Part shown: positions 22,905 through 33,547 of the stretch, piece by piece
Layout of the letters: the number at the start of each line of letters is the position of its first letter
How positions within the stretch are numbered: position 1 is the first letter of the stretch
NCBI GenBank assembly: GCA_004431415.1
Contig: QPMI01000101.1
Coordinates: 248,001-312,000, forward strand
DNA from: Cyanophora paradoxa CCMP329
Lineage: Eukaryota; Plantae; Glaucophyta
Reading direction: 5' to 3'
DNA: 64,000 nucleotides
Position numbers and translations under genes: made by a program
Notes under the pieces: model-generated
The model's input: the letters and a program-made list of their open reading frames with translations, nothing else
Databases searched by the model: none
Told to the model about the DNA's origin: nothing

Positions 22905-23410
22905 GGCGGGCGGCGGCGCGGTCGCCGGGCGGGGCGGAGGCGCTGCGGGCGGCGGCGCGGCGCGCCGCACGGAGAGCAGGCGCGGCGGGCGGCTGCGCGG
23001 CGTGCCGGGCGGGGCGGAGGCGCGGCGCGCGGGCGGCGGCGGGGCTCGCCGGCCGCGGGCGGGGCGGAGGCGCGGCGGCCAAAGGGCGGCGGCGCAGCTC
23101 CGAGGCTCGCCGGGCGGGACGGAGGCGCGGCGGCCGGCGGCGCGGCTCGAGCTCGCCGGGCGGGGCGGAGGCGCGGCGGGCGGCGGCGCGGCTGCGCTCG
23201 CCGGGCGGGGCGGAGGCGTGGCGGGCGGCGGCGCGGCTCGCCGGGCGGGGAGGAGGCGCGGCGGGCGGCGGCGCGGCTTGCCGGGCGGGGCGGAGGCGAG
23301 GCGGGCGGCCGCGCGGCTCGCCGGGCGGGGCGGAGGCGCAGCGGGCGGCCGCCGCGGCTAGCGCTCGTCGGGCGGGGCGGATCCGGGAGGCACGGCGGGT
23401 GGCGGCGCGG
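22905..23410. repeat. G-rich minisatellite, 40-bp unit, roughly 11-12 degenerate copies
   Basis: Consensus GCTCGCCGGGCGGGGCGGAGGCGCGGCGGGCGGCGGCGCG, with well-preserved copies starting at 23151, 23196, 23236, 23276 and 23316. The unit is not a multiple of 3, so it is likely non-coding. Confidence 0.9.
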
Positions 23411-23699
23411 CGCGCAGGGCAAATTGTCCTTCCAGGTCTACGCGTAGAGAGCATTTGCTGCAGCCTGCCCCCTCGATGCTGTCTTTGTTGAATTAGACCA
23501 ATGAAATCTTTGTTGAATTAGCACGAGCAGGGGGCGGGGGCGAGTCGAAGACCGAGAACTTCCGGTCCTCTTCCGGTCCCACGAGCTCGATCGCGAGCCC
23601 GCGGCCGGCCCACCGTCCCAGTTGCAATTACAGGCGTTCGCACAGCTCAGCGGCTCATGATCAGCGGCTGCACTGCGGCAGGCTCTACAGAGTCAACAC

Positions 23700-24775
23700 T
23701 CTCTATAGCTAGAGCTCTATCTCGGCCAACGGCCAAACCGTTAGCGGTCCTTCCCCTCCAACAGGGGCAGTGCAACTGCAGTGTCCCTGTTCCGTTCATA
23801 ACAGCAACTTCAAATTCGTTTTTGTCGTACGCGTCGTCGTCGGTGTCATGCTCGTCCCCATCGATCTCGCCGCTGTCATGTGCATGTTGGACTGCAGCTG
23901 GCTCCTCGCCATTGCTGTCGTCCTGTTCGACGTCGACGCCGCTCTGCGCGTGTGCGACCGGTACCTGTGCATGCAGACAGATCGAGATATATCAGCATCA
24001 ACGTTGCGCAGACTCATCGACGTGAACGCCGATGAAGCACGCCCGGGGTTGCAGCTCATGTGCTCACGAGCGTCTGGTAGGCTCCGCGAGAGCGGAGGAA
24101 ATCGCGAATCGCGTCGCGAAGGGCAGTCTTCGCGATCGGGTTGGCGGCAAGGCACGCGTACGCCCGCAACTCGCCGGCGTGTAAATCGATGTAGAACCGC
24201 TCTCTCTCAAATTCTGTGATTGCAGGCGATAGGAATCAATTTCTGTGAGCGTGTGCAGGAGATCTAGAACTGTTCTTATATCCGGAGGCGCACTGTGAGG
24301 CTCTCCGCGAAAGTTCAGCTCATCGTTTGGAATGCGCTTCGATTTAATGTCTTCTTCCTCGTCGAGCCACCGGCAGCACAAGATCACGCGTTCGCGATAC
24401 TCCGCCGCTTCCTGAGAATCTGAATCATGAATTCGGGCGTGCGCGGCAGCGTCAATTTCAGCAACAACTTGCCTCCATAGTCCTCGCGGATGCCGTCGAG
24501 AAATATTTACCATCCCGGGGCCACAGGAACCTGCCTCGCCAAATGCTCTTGTCCCGAACAACGCCTCGAGGACGGTTGCGATCTCGAGGAATCGGAGGAG
24601 CTGCAGCTGCAGCCGGAGAAGCCTGCGCCAGCGCATGCTCGAGCTCGGCCGGCGCCGCGGGTTCCATGGCCACGTGATCATGATCATGAACGCGCGCGGC
24701 CTCAAACTCCTCCGGATCCTCAGCTTCGTCCAGATCGATCGAGGCTCTGTTGCTGTGCTTTGCACACGTGGTCAT
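23700..24775 (-). CDS. Second divergent AP2-like domain protein or pseudogene (boundaries approximate)
   Basis: Removing a 61-nt GC-AG intron (24472-24412, donor GCAAGT) gives RPRGVVRDKSIWRGRFLWPRDGKYFSTASARTME|EAAEYRERVILCCRW...DELNF, which follows the AP2 pattern RGV..W...T.EEAA.Y...LNF. An acidic exon follows near 23800-23960. Confidence 0.45.
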
Positions 24776-25551
24776 TTCTCCTGCAATTCCAAATTAATGG
24801 TCGACGTCGGCGCCCCCGAGCGCCATATGCATGCCAGAACGTCAACGCGCGCGCCGCGGCCGCGCGCGGCCGCGGCTGCGGATCTAGATCTTGATCTAGA
24901 TCTGGTACCGGTTACGGCGGGCCCCCGCGGCCGCCGGGCCGGCCCAATATATAGCTATAACCACGTGCACGTGCACGCGCGCGGGCCGGGGCTTCGCGCG
25001 TCCAATCCGGCTGGATCTGATCATGATCGTTCTTCTAGCTCTAGATCTCGCCGATGCCTGGGCTCGAGCGCTAGCATTCGCCTCGAGCGTTCGCCTGCTC
25101 GAGCGTTCGCCTCACCTTAAGCTTCGCGCAACTTGACGCGGGAGGAACGCGACCTCGAGCTCCCGGTTGCCTCTACTTTGCTCCTACTCTGGCGCGCGAA
25201 TCGCGGCGCGATGCGGGCTCCGCTGCCCCGACCGCACTCAGCGGCTGTCGACGTTCGACGCCGAGTGGACGGCGCTTTTTTCGACCTGGGGGGTTGGGAT
25301 GTACGGGGGTACAACAAAGCAATAGCAAGCAGCCGATCTCAGCCAGCGGGCGAGCCAGCAGGCTTACACTGCCTCTAGCTAGCCTTCCCAGCCTGTGGCT
25401 GCCAGCTCGACTGCAGTCCGGGAGGAGGCGCCCGGCAGGAAAACAGACGCGCGCGCCTGCGTGCCCTGGATCAAAATCCACGGCGTCTGTACGATCCCAG
25501 TTTGGTGCCCGATAAGCGTCCCCTCCACCTGTGCGCCAACAGGCGGGCGAG

Positions 25552-26743
25552 ATGCGAGAAGCGGCGCTCCTGCATTTCATCAAGGGCCTGTTCGATAAGG
25601 AAAAGCGGACCAGCGCGCCGGGCACGCTCGACTCGAGTGCCCACGGGGGCCGCGGCGCTGGCGCCGGCAGCGCTAGCGCGAGCGCGTCGCGGGAGGGCTC
25701 GCTGCGCGGCGGCAGCCACTTCGCGCGGACGCCGAACGGCAGCACGCACGGCGGGGCCGCGTTCTTCGAGCGCTCGGTGCACAAGGGCCGCGTGTTCATC
25801 GCCCCCGTCGAGGAGGGCCCGCCGGCGCCGCTGCACCTGGCGCCGGCTCGCGAGACCGGGGACACGGCGCCGGCTCCAGCGCCCAAGGCCGCTGCCGCCG
25901 CCGCCGCCGTAGAGGACGACACGGAGACGATCGAGCCGCCGCCGACGGAGAAGGCGGAGCCGGCCTCGGCGCGCGGCCGGGCAGCCTGGGGCGAGGGCAC
26001 GGCCAAGGTCGAGCCGGCGCCGACGGCCGTCGAGCCCGAGCCGCGGGCGACGCACGAGGCGCGGGCGCCCGAGGCAGCCAGCGGCTTGCCGGTCCCTCCC
26101 GCCCCAGCCGCCCGCCCCGTCGGCTTCTTCTCCAGCTTTGCCCGCCTCTTCGACTCCACTGCGAGCTCGGTACCCCCCTTTCCGGCCTTGTACTACGGTA
26201 CGCCCTCCCCCGCGCTCAACCCCAACTCAGGCTGCCGTGGTGCGGAATCTGCCCCGCGTCGAGCCGCCCCCGCCGGGGGAGGTGTACCCCCACGGCATCT
26301 CGCATCATCAGGGGCCCCGGGACGTGCGCTGCCCCCCACCCCCCTCCCCCACTACCGCGTACCCTTTTCCGACGCTGTTTGCGGGGTGCGCAGTCGCAGG
26401 AAGACGTGTACGTCGTGCAGCCGTTCGAGGGCGGCGGCAAGGTCGGGGTGCGCGTGGACCCACCCACCGCTCTCCCCCCCCATGCCCCCCTCACTTCGAA
26501 TTCCCCTCCAGTCATTCTTCGGCGTGTTCGACGGGCACGGTTCGAGCCGCCGCTGCCGCCGCCCGCCCCCCCAACCGGCCGACGCGGCTGAGGCGGGGGC
26601 GGGGGCGGGCAGCGGGCCTGCTGGCGGCGCAGGGCGCGGCGCACCTGCTGCGGGGCGCCGTCGAGCGCGCCGCCGACCAGAACGGCGGCAACCTCCGGTG
26701 TGCCCCCCCCCCCCCCCCCCTCCCCCCGCTCACCCCTCCGCTC

Positions 26744-26777
<34 letters not shown>

Positions 26778-28657
26778 GGGAGGCGATGCGGGCGGGGGTG
26801 GAGGAGGTGGACCGCGCCATCCTCTCCAAGGCGGGCACCCGCCCGCCCCGCCCCGCCAGCGCCCCTCTTTGGGGGCCACCCACCTGCTCCCGCCCCTTCC
26901 TGCCCCTCCATTCCCCCGCCTTCCCCCCCCGCACCTCCCCGCCCTGCCGGACCTCTAGATCCATCCGCCCGCTTCTGCCAGGCTGGCTCCCGCTAGCTTC
27001 GCCCTCGCGGCCAACGGTGGCGGGGGCGGGGTGCGCAGGCGAAGCAGCACAACGACGTGAGCGGCTCGACGGCCTGCTTCGCCGTCATCGCCGGCCCCGC
27101 CCTCTGCGTCGTGCGCCGCCCCCGCCCTATGTGGTGACAAGCCGAGTTTAGTGGGCTTAGCTATATATAGTGCCGCGCTTCTAGTCGATCATTATTGAAC
27201 GCCGTAACCAGCTAGCCCATCACCAGTGGCACACCTAGCTTCCCTTCGAAGTTGGCAGCATGCGTTATGTTAGCTGTTATTCACCTCCGTGGTCTTTTCG
27301 CCCGCTCCCCCGCTGGGCCGTGCGCGGCCCGCCAGCGCTTCTCCCTTCCGTTCCCTTTTCCTCCGATGGCGAGCTGGGGGCGCGCAGGGCAACGTCGGGG
27401 ACAGCCGCTGCGTCCTCTGCCGCTCGGGCCGCCCCGTGGTGCGTGCGCGAGGGCCTTGAGATGCGCGCCCGGCGCGAGGCGTGGGACGAGGCATGGGGCG
27501 CCCCCGGCTGAGGCTCGAACTGCGGGAGGCCCCGTGCGAGGCCCGGGCCGGCCGAGGCGCTGACGCCGCCCCCCCCGGGGCGGGCAGGAGATGTCGGAGG
27601 ACCACCGGCCGCAGACACGGAAGGACGAGCTGGAGCGGATCGAGCGGGGCGGGGGCTGGATGGACGAGCGCGGCATGGTCCTCGGCTACATCGCCATGAG
27701 CCGCGCCCTCGGCGAGCTCTGCCTCAAGGTCCGCTGAGAACCCGCCCCTCCCCGCCTCTCCCCGAGCTACATGTACAGCTAGAGCTTTGGCCACGCCTCG
27801 GAGTGAGCTCAGTCAAGCGGGCTTGAGAATACAGAGCCACGTGCCCTCTAGAGCGAATCCCCTTCCCGCCCTCGGGCTCCTTCCCGCCCTCGAGCTCCTT
27901 TCCGCCCTCGCCTCCTCGGCTAACTTCGGGGGGCGGGTGCAGGACTATCGCGAGGGCTGCTTCCCCAACGAGAGGCTCGGCCCGGAGGTCATGATCAGCA
28001 CCCCCGAGGTGCCCCAGACCCAATTCCCCGCTCGCCCTCGACACCCCCCCCCCCCCCCCCCTCGTTTCGAGCCTTTGTCTAGCTTCAGTTGGGGCCTAGC
28101 CCAGACCCAGGACTTTTATATGTAGCCTCGCTCCCCCCCCTCCCCTCAACAGCCCCCCCGCCGGCTGAGCCGAGGCGGCGCGCGCGCGGGCAGGTGCGGG
28201 AGACAACGCTGACGGAGGAAGACGTGCGTACCCCCCTCACCCCCCGCCCCCCTCGGGGCGCCCCCGGCCGACGCGTGGCGGGGCGGGGCAGGAATTCTTG
28301 CTCCTGTGTACCGACGGAGTGTGGAACCGCCTCTCCTCAAAGTGCGCCCCGCGGCGGGGCTCTCCCTCCCTCGCCCTCTCAGCGCCACGCGCCCCCTCGC
28401 TCGCGCGCGCAGGGAGGCGGTGAGCGTGGCGCGGGCCGCCCTCCTCCGCACCGGCTCGCCCTCCGACGCCGCCCGCGCCGTCTGCGAGCGTACGTCCCCG
28501 GGCCCCCTCCTCTCGCTCTTGCCCGTCACGGCGTCTGGCCCCTGTGACGCTGCTCGGTCGCGCAGGGGCCTACGCGTGCCGCTCGACGGACAACGCGACT
28601 GCGGTCGTCGTTTGCTTCCGCAGCTTCAGCGGCGCCGCGACCCTTTCCCCTCCTTAG
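25552..28657 (+). CDS. PP2C / PPM-family Ser/Thr protein phosphatase with a disordered N-terminal extension
   Basis: Spliced motifs: QGPRD|SQED, FFGVFDGHG, SGSTAC, GNVGDSRCVL, SEDHRP...ELERI, AMSRALGE, EFLLLCTDGVWN, STDNATAVVVCF. TAG at 28655-28657. Confidence 0.95.
26703..26775. repeat. Intronic poly-C tracts
   Basis: Long C homopolymers inside a PP2C intron; their length may be unreliable in the assembly. Confidence 0.8.
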
Positions 28658-29435
28658 CTCGAGCCTGGCGGCCCGCGCGCGGCGGAGGCAGATTTTAATT
28701 GGAATTATCATAGTATTGCGTCTTGACTTCGACTTTCACTTTCAGAGGCTCTTGAGGCTTGGGCTTCTGTTTCTGCTGCTTCCGATTCATCGACGTGCAG
28801 CAACATGCACATTAACTTAGTAATACTCCAGCCTAGCTATATAGTAGTGCGCATGCTGACCACGGCCCACCGTGGCCATGGCACCTTTGAATTCGAGCTC
28901 GAGCTCGCGCGATTTCTGTCACAGTGTCAGTGTAATTTTCTGTGCATATATATGTAATTTTCGGCCCTTCACCATGGCATCGATATCATTATCGTGTGCG
29001 AGCGCATGCGCATGCGACACTGCGACAGCCTGATAACCGGCGCCCGCGGGTCACAATTAAAAAACGACTCCCGAGTCCCGAACCAACTTGGCGAACTATA
29101 TATATCCCGAGTCCGATCGATATCCGAGCTTCCGATCGACTCGGCAAATGTAGTTAATTGATATTTGTGTATCCGTCTCGCGCACAACACTGCGGCTGCA
29201 AAAACTCGTGAAGGCAAGCGGAGCGAGCACTAGTTCCGGGTCCGGGTCCGGGTTTGCGTCTGGCGACCGAGGCTTGAAAAAGGTCGCCCTGGCAGCCCGG
29301 GCCCGCGCGCAGGTACAAACACGTGGCGCAGCTATCTGTACATAGGAAAAAGAAGACGTGAAAAAGAGGGCGGGGCGGGCCCTCGGAACGGGCCCCGCCC
29401 CACCCTGCCCTGCGCGGGCCGGGCCCCCGCTGGGC

Positions 29436-31210
29436 TCAGGCGGGGACGGAGGTGGCGGTGCCCGTCCCCTCGAAGTCCGGCTCGTACGCCTCCTCCCCGC
29501 CCTCGCCCTTCTCCTCGGCGGCGGCCGCCGCGGCCTTCAGCACGGCCTCCTCCGCCGCCACCGCCGCCGCCGCCTCGGCCCGCGCCGTCGCGCTCGAGGC
29601 CGGCCGCTCCGCGTCCGCTGCCGCCGCCTCGGCCGCGCGCTCCACCGCCTCCCGCGCCGCCTCCTTCCCCGCCGCCGTCCGCTCCGTCTCCGCCTCTGCC
29701 CCGACGGCCCTGCCGCCCCGGCTGCCCCCTCCGCCGGGGCCGGCGCCCCCTTCTCCTCCTCGGGCGGCGCAGGCGCCGCCGCCTCCTCCGCGGGCCTGGC
29801 CTCCTCCGCGGCCGGCGGCGGGGCGGACTCCTCGCCCTTGGCCCCCTCGAGCTGCGGCTCCTCCGCCGCGGCGGCGGGCTCCTCCGCCGGGGCGGGGTCG
29901 CCGTGCTCGCTCTCGGGGTGCTCGGGCGAGATGGCCGGCGGGAGGTGCGTCTCCTCCGCGTCCGGCACCGGCGGCGCCTCGCCCTCAACCGGCGCCTCCT
30001 CCTCCCGGTGCGCCGGCCCCGCCTCCTCCCCATCTCCCGCCCCCTTCTCGAAATCATCGCCGTACCCCTCCTCCTTCGCCTCTTCCGCCTTCGGCTCCTC
30101 CTCGGCCGGCTTGGCCTCCTCCACGGCGGGCTCGGCCTGCTCCTCCGCTGGCTTGGGCTCTTCTTCGGCGGGCTTGGGCTCCTCCTCGGCGGGGGCCGGG
30201 GCGGACTCCTCGCCCTTCCCCTCGTCGACCGCCGGCTCATCCGCCGCCGCTGCCGCCTTGGCCTCCTCCTCCGCCGCCTTTTCGAACTCCTCCTCGTAGG
30301 CCGCCGCTTCCTGCTCCTTCTTTTCCTCCTCCGCCGGGGCCGCCTCCTCCTCCTTCTTTTCCTCCTCCGCCAGCGGCGCCTCCTCCTTCTGTTTGTCCTC
30401 CGCCGGGGCTGGAGCCTCCTCCTTCTTCTCCTCCGCCGGGGCCGCCTCCTCCTCCTTCTCCTCCGCTGTTGGCTCCGCCGGCTTCTCTTCGGCCGGCTCT
30501 TCGGCCATCGCCGGCGCCTCCTCCTCCTCCGCCGGGGCCGGCGCCTCCATCTTCTCCTCCTCGGGCGGCGCAGGCGCCGCCTCCTCCTCCGCGGGCCTGG
30601 CTTCTTCCTCGGCCGGGGAGTCCTCGGCCGGCGGCGGGGCGGACTCCTCGCCCTTGGCGTCCTCGAGCTGCGGCTCCTCCGCCGGCTTCTCGCTCTCGCC
30701 CTCTCCCTCGCCGGCGGCGGCCTTGGCGGCAGCCGCGACGACCTCCTCCGTCGCCTCCTCCGCCGCCGCCTGCGCCCGCGCCGTCGCCGGCCCGGGGGCC
30801 GCCGGCGGCTCCTCCTCGGGCGGCTTGGACTCGTCGAGGGGGGCGAGCGGGTGGCCGCGGTCGCCGCCGGCCTGCTGCGAGAGCGCCGGCGAGGCCGCGA
30901 TCGCCTGCTCGTCGTCGTCGATCAGCCGCTCCGCCTCCGTCGCCGCCTCGCCTGCACCCCCGCCCGGCCCCGCGGTCGCCAAAGGAAGGCAAAAGAGAGG
31001 GGAAGGAGGGGAGGGGCGGGCACCGAGGACGGGCGCCTCGGCGCGGTTTCGCAGCGACTCGATGTACGCGCGGTCGTCGTCGGCCTCCTCCCCCGCTGGC
31101 GGCGCCGGCGGCGGCGCCGGTGCCTTCTTCGGCGGCGGCGCCGGAGCCGGCGCCGGAGCCGGAGCCGTCTTTGGCTTTGGCTTCGGCTTTGGTGGCGACG
31201 GCTGCTGCGC

Positions 31211-31246
<36 letters not shown>

Positions 31247-32348
31247 ATCCACGGGCTGAGGCGGGCGCTGCTTGGCGCGGCCCGGGGAGCGATGGGCGCG
31301 GCGCGGGGCGCGCTTGCGACCCGGGCTGGGCCTCCGGTCCGGCGGAAGGGGCACGTAGATGAAGTCATTGGACTGCATCGGCATCGGGGGGCCGCGCTGC
31401 TGCTGCAGCTGCTGCTGCTGCTGCGGCTGCGGCTGGTGGTAAGCCTCGCCCTGCATGCCAGCACGCCCCCGCCCGTTGATGTCCGGCTGCAGAGGCAGGC
31501 GCGCCAAGTCAGCGCTCGCGGTCACGCGAGGCGATGCGCGGGGCCGTTCACCAGAGTCGGGGTGGTGCTTTCATGCGGGACACTGCGGCGTGAGCGGAGA
31601 TCAGGGACGAAACAACAAAGTCGAATTTCGGTTTCCAAAACAACGACAGACCCGTTCGGCGCGGTGCGACTGAAGGACTGCTCGTCCCCGCCGACGTTCG
31701 AGCCTCCCGGCCTCAGGGCGGGCAAGGTGGAGTGCTGCGCCTGCAACGGACGTGAGATGCGTCAGAGGAACCCGAAAGCTCGCGCTGATGTTCACCGGGG
31801 GCTGCGCATTCGGGGCCTTCGGGATCTCTGCCGGACGGAATTAGATCCCTTCACGCAGTTCCGCGGGACCCCGGCGGCCCCCCCGTCATGGTGCGCACCC
31901 AGGTAAACCAGGCCGTTGCTCTCAATATACCGCCAGCCGTTCAGCCTTGCGAACTGCTTGCGGAAGGCGCTGTGGGGAGGCGTGTCATAGGCGGCCAAAA
32001 CGCGCGCATGGGCAGAATCACACTAGTTCCGAGTTCCGCGCATTGTTTAACGGACGCACTTTGTGTGGGTCCATGGGCAGTGCCGGTCAAGCAGTGCGTT
32101 GTACGGCTGCGCGGAGTCAAGATGCGCCTTCAATGGCGCGGGGGGAGTTCGCACAGGAATGGAGCGCTCCCAGACAGGCTGCAATAGCGCGCGTCAGGGG
32201 GGGGGGGACGAGGCCGGCACCGGAGTGGAGTGCGTGGCAGGGCAACTCTAGCACGCGGGCGTTAAGCGATGGAGCTCACGTTACGATTGTCCCACGTGCC
32301 GCGCGGTGGCGATCCGCTGGTGCTAGACCGGCCGCCGCTTGCATACAT
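29436..32348 (-). CDS. Glu/Ala/Pro-rich protein with an N-terminal ERICH3-like motif (putative ciliary protein); start approximate
   Basis: Small 5' exons splice in frame into ORF 29537-31525. Motif YNALLDRHCPWTHT|NAFRKQFARLNGWRYIESNGLVY. Long E/A/P tail with a duplicated EEPQLE(D/G)AKGEESAPPP block and three Y-x-x-(D/E)-F-E motifs. Stop at 29436. Confidence 0.65.
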
Positions 32349-32420
32349 CGCGGCGTTCGCTGACGGGCTGTCGCGACCTAAAAAACCCCCGGCCGGGGTA
32401 CAGGCATCGAATTCGTGTCC
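32349..32420. promoter_or_regulatory. Very short divergent spacer (putative bidirectional promoter)
   Basis: Only about 70 bp between the probable minus-strand ATG (about 32344-32348) and the DUF2301 ATG (32421). Confidence 0.45.
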
Positions 32421-33490
32421 ATGGCGTCGACGTCGTTTTGCTCGCCGCTTCCAGTCATCCGCGCTGGCCGCAGCCCCGCAGCTGCCACGTGGTCGCCGGC
32501 AACGCAGCATGCCCGCTCGGCGGACTTGAGTTCCAGCGGGCGGCGCCCCGCGCGGCCAGTGCTGAGCTCGGCGGCCCACCTCGCGACGTCATTCAGCGCC
32601 CGAGCCTTTTTCGTCGGACGCCCCGTCTCCTCCGGGCTCGCCCGGCCATGGCCACAACTCCTTGGCACCCAGCGGCTGCAGCTGTCTCCGCTCCCGATCC
32701 GGATCCTTTGTACGCAGATGCCCCCCGCCGACACCGTTTACGAGGGCAGGTTCGGCAGCTTCACCGTCACGGACGACGACCGAAGGGAGGTCTTGATTTA
32801 CCGATCGTCACTCGTTGGTGTTGCGGTGGCCTGCTGCGCGGCCGCCGCGATGGTAGACGCGGGTTCGATACGCGCGCCGGGCGCCGCTTCGGTGGCCGCT
32901 CCAGCGGCCGACTCGCCGCGCCGTCGCAGGGAGCCCGACGGCGGAGGCGCTGCTCGCGGCGCTCGCGGCGGCGCAGGCGTGCCTTGGCGTCTCGCTCTGG
33001 ACGATCCACATCTACATGAAGCCGCTGCACAAGGCGCTGCAGGCGTGCTGGGCGGTCGGCGTCGGCTCGACGCTCGCCGTGGCGGCGGCGCTCGGGCCGG
33101 CGGCGCTCTACGAGAACACGCTGACGGAGCTCGGCACGGGCTGGTTTTTCGTCAGTCTCACCGGCCTGCTCTTCAAGGAGGCCTTCTGCTTCGGCCGCCT
33201 CGAGGCCGTCGCCGGCACCGTCCGCCCGCCCCGCCCTCGAGCTCCCTCCCTCTCGCGAACCTAGGCCTGACTCGGCCGGCCCATCCATCTAGATCCTGGT
33301 GCCCGTTCTCTCGGCGGGTCATTTTTTGCACCTGCTGGGCCCCGGAGCGGAGAAGGCGCTGCTGACGGCCCTCGCGCCGGGATTAGTAATCTTCGCGGCC
33401 CGAAAGTTCGCCCAGCGGCCCGAGGACGACATCGGCGACAAGAGCGTCTTCGAGCACCTCGAGGCCGGCGGCAAGATCGGCGAGCAGTAG
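32421..33490 (+). CDS. DUF2301 integral membrane protein (cyanobacterial type) with a plastid transit peptide
   Basis: Motifs VYEGRFGSFTVTDDDRREVLIYR, HIYMKPLHKALQ, LTGLLFKEAFCFGRLE and RKFAQRPEDDIGDKSVF are typical of DUF2301. The Ser/Ala/Arg-rich N-terminus begins MASTSF. Confidence 0.9.
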
Positions 33491-33547
33491 CCCTCCCACA
33501 CATTTCACTGTAATTAGTAGTAGGGCAGTACTTAACGCCACCGTTGA

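Noticed and set aside
22905-23410. CRISPR array or coding repeat
   Set aside because: No unique spacers, eukaryotic context, and a 40-bp unit that breaks frame. It is a minisatellite.
19300-25500. Autonomous transposon or integrated virus
   Set aside because: No transposase, RT, integrase, recombinase or capsid motifs recognised, and no clear long TIRs, LTRs or TSDs. A mobile origin remains possible but unsupported.
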